DNA of 64,000 bases from Squalus acanthias (taxonomy: Eukaryota). The DNA is taken from assembly GCA_030390025.1 (NCBI GenBank), contig CM059432.1, positions 150,476,001 to 150,540,000 of the forward strand, written 5' to 3'. The notes below the pieces were generated by a model. That model was not told where the DNA came from. It saw only the letters and a list, made by a program, of their open reading frames with translations, and did no database searches. This document shows, piece by piece, positions 61,739 through 64,000 of this stretch (positions are counted from its first letter, which is position 1; every line of letters starts with the position of its first letter). Made by a program: the position numbers and the translations under genes.

Positions 61739-64000
61739 ACTGTTTTTAGTTAACATGCAGTTGTAGGCTTCAGTCTTTGGATGTTACCCAACAGCAGGTC
61801 TCTGAAATATTTCTGCCAGCTCCAACACCATGTTGTTTTCCTCTGATGTTAGTAAAGTTAGGTTATTTTAAGTTTTATTTTTAAGATGTTTTTTTTTTTA
61901 AAACATATTTTACTTTTTATTCTATTTTCCATTTTTATAAATTAATTCCTGCCTCTCTCAACACCACCTGCCCCATTTGTCATGGTCAATCCACCTGGCT
62001 GACTGCCTCCCATTTGCTCCAACATCGAACAACGACCTTCCTTTGCTCACCAAGTATTCTAAAGTTTTTTTTCCCCCACTGTCTCGCTTTCCACACCCTC
62101 CTCTTAACGATCACCCGATTGCCTGCCTGCTGTGGTATTCCCCAACTAATCTTCCTGGCCTGGTACGTGCTTCGGTTGCAAGCCACTCTCTTTGGTTCTT
62201 TCCCACTGACTTTCCCACATGATGCCTCAGGCATTCCCAGGCGTTGAACATCTTCATGCCCCACTGGCTATCCTCTTAACTGCCTACCAGCTGATACTCC
62301 TGCCCAATGCCTCAGCCCTCCTAGCCCCAGCCCCCAAGGCCCATATAGTTTACCTTCTACTATCCTGGTAGTTGCATGATACAATAATGAAGTTGTTAAT
62401 ATACTAAATATATTTTATAAGTCAATTATTTCTCACTATAATTAACAAATATATTTCTGTTTAAATTTATCAAGTTGTATCTTCAGATCTATTATTATTA
62501 ACCTGTACATTTTGACCGTGAACAATGCCATGGGAGGTAATCTAGTACTAAACAAATACATAGGCTTTTGGTCATATTTAGAGACTACTAAAAACTCATT
62601 ATATGTTTAAAATCTTAATCTTAAGGAAAAGAGCCTTTGTATTGTCTATGTGTTATTTTTAAGTGCACTTGGGTTTTTTACTATACCCAATTACTGGAAT
62701 TTGAACAGTGAATTGCCCAAATTAATTTTTTTTAAATTAACATATGGGACTCATTTTACAAGTTTTGTCATTTAAGAAAATATCACTATTTAATATCATG
62801 CATTACTGTTTTGCAAGATAAATGTTTAAAATTCTACTCAAGACCCAAAGGATCCAAAATAGCCACAAACTTGAGCATTTCAGAGTTATGAACCTGTAGG
62901 CCAGCTGAAATAATTAAGAACTTGTTTTTCTAAATTATGTTTTGGCAGTGACATATACAAGTGAATCTCATTTACAGCAGCTTTTTTTTTCTAATTTGCT
63001 TTGTCTTTTGACAGAAACGCATTATGGTTGATGGGAGCTTCAGATCAAGATTTCTGGTAACACATCTCTCGCTCCCAACCCCCGTACCCAATAGATTTCA
63101 CAATCTGTCTGCTGAAAAAAAACATGGAATTGTACAATTGATTTTCTTAAGAATTTTAATCTAGAAAATGAGACACATTCACAATAAGCGCACACCTGAG
63201 GAAGATTATTACTAAAACAGCCCGCTTAAAAAATAAATCAGTAAAGAAATTCAATGTCATTGCAAAGTACAGAAATGCATGTTTTAAATTCTGTTAACAA
63301 ACATGTATTTTTGTTTAATTTTTATCACAGTATTATATACTATTTTGATGCTTGCATTTTTCACAAATGAATGTTCACATGTGTGTGGAACACTCAAAAA
63401 GGTATTGGAAAAAACAAAGGAGTAAATCTTGCACGGTAATCACACCACTACACAGAAAGCTGCCATTGTCCCAATGCAACTCTGGTAAAAAGGAAATCAC
63501 ATATTTTGTTGAAAAGAAAATTCAATCTTTGATTAATGTATTAAGGTCACAAGTCAGTGAATATGGGAGAATAAACAGCCATGCTCTTGGTGTATTTGGC
63601 AAATTATCACAAAGCCAATTCTAAGATGTGACTCAGTGACTGTAGAAGGGTGAACAACATGATTGTTATAAGTAAGTTACACCCTTTATAACATAGAAGA
63701 TTTAAGATACAGTTATGCTGCAATCTGACTCTGCAGCACAGCTTGGGCTTGACACTGTGGTGCCAAGGCGGGTTAGAAATGTTGGACCTCCTGGGCACTT
63801 CATAAATCTGCACAGAGGTTTGGCAATGTTTTGAGAAAGTAGACCCTCTTGACTGTGCTTTCAAAACTCAAAATTGTGCTTTGTAGATTTACTGGCTGGG
63901 GAGTGGAACTCTGCACCTGGGTATACACACCCATACGGAGAGATCGCTCCTAGTTGGTAAGAGTGTAGTTTGCAGTCCCCAGTGTAATTTTGGTTCTGCT

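Noticed and set aside
63015..63056. 42-bp plus-strand segment with AG/GT boundaries
   Set aside because: Good acceptor but modest donor, no recognisable peptide, and opposite strand to the other candidates
1..64000. CRISPR arrays, operons or rRNA genes
   Set aside because: No repeat-spacer periodicity or prokaryotic gene organisation; content is vertebrate repeat DNA

Overview
Eukaryotic, repeat-dense genomic DNA. It is most likely a cartilaginous fish (shark), inferred from HE1/V-SINE-like SINEs sharing a tail with HER1/CR1 LINEs and from Deu-domain SINEs. No intact protein-coding gene can be supported. Most of the window is nested, decayed mobile DNA. This includes many CR1 LINE pieces, an RTE, L2-like tails, and a second LINE family whose 5' end looks like a tRNA-type SINE head. 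There are three PIF/Harbinger copies (Myb/SANT plus DDE transposase, one bounded by perfect TIRs and a TAA TSD), several Harbinger- and pogo-type MITEs, a hAT-like element and a broken Gypsy element. A very young Penelope-like insertion has a perfect 159-bp inverted repeat with a minimal hammerhead ribozyme in each arm. The most unexpected signal is a decayed reading frame at about 1250-1907 that resembles the foamy (spuma) retrovirus Env TM subunit. A few splice-site-bounded segments and an NRF1-motif cluster suggest the window may lie within or near a large host gene, but I cannot identify it. All family names come from motif recognition and recalled family knowledge, not database searches, and many boundaries are approximate.
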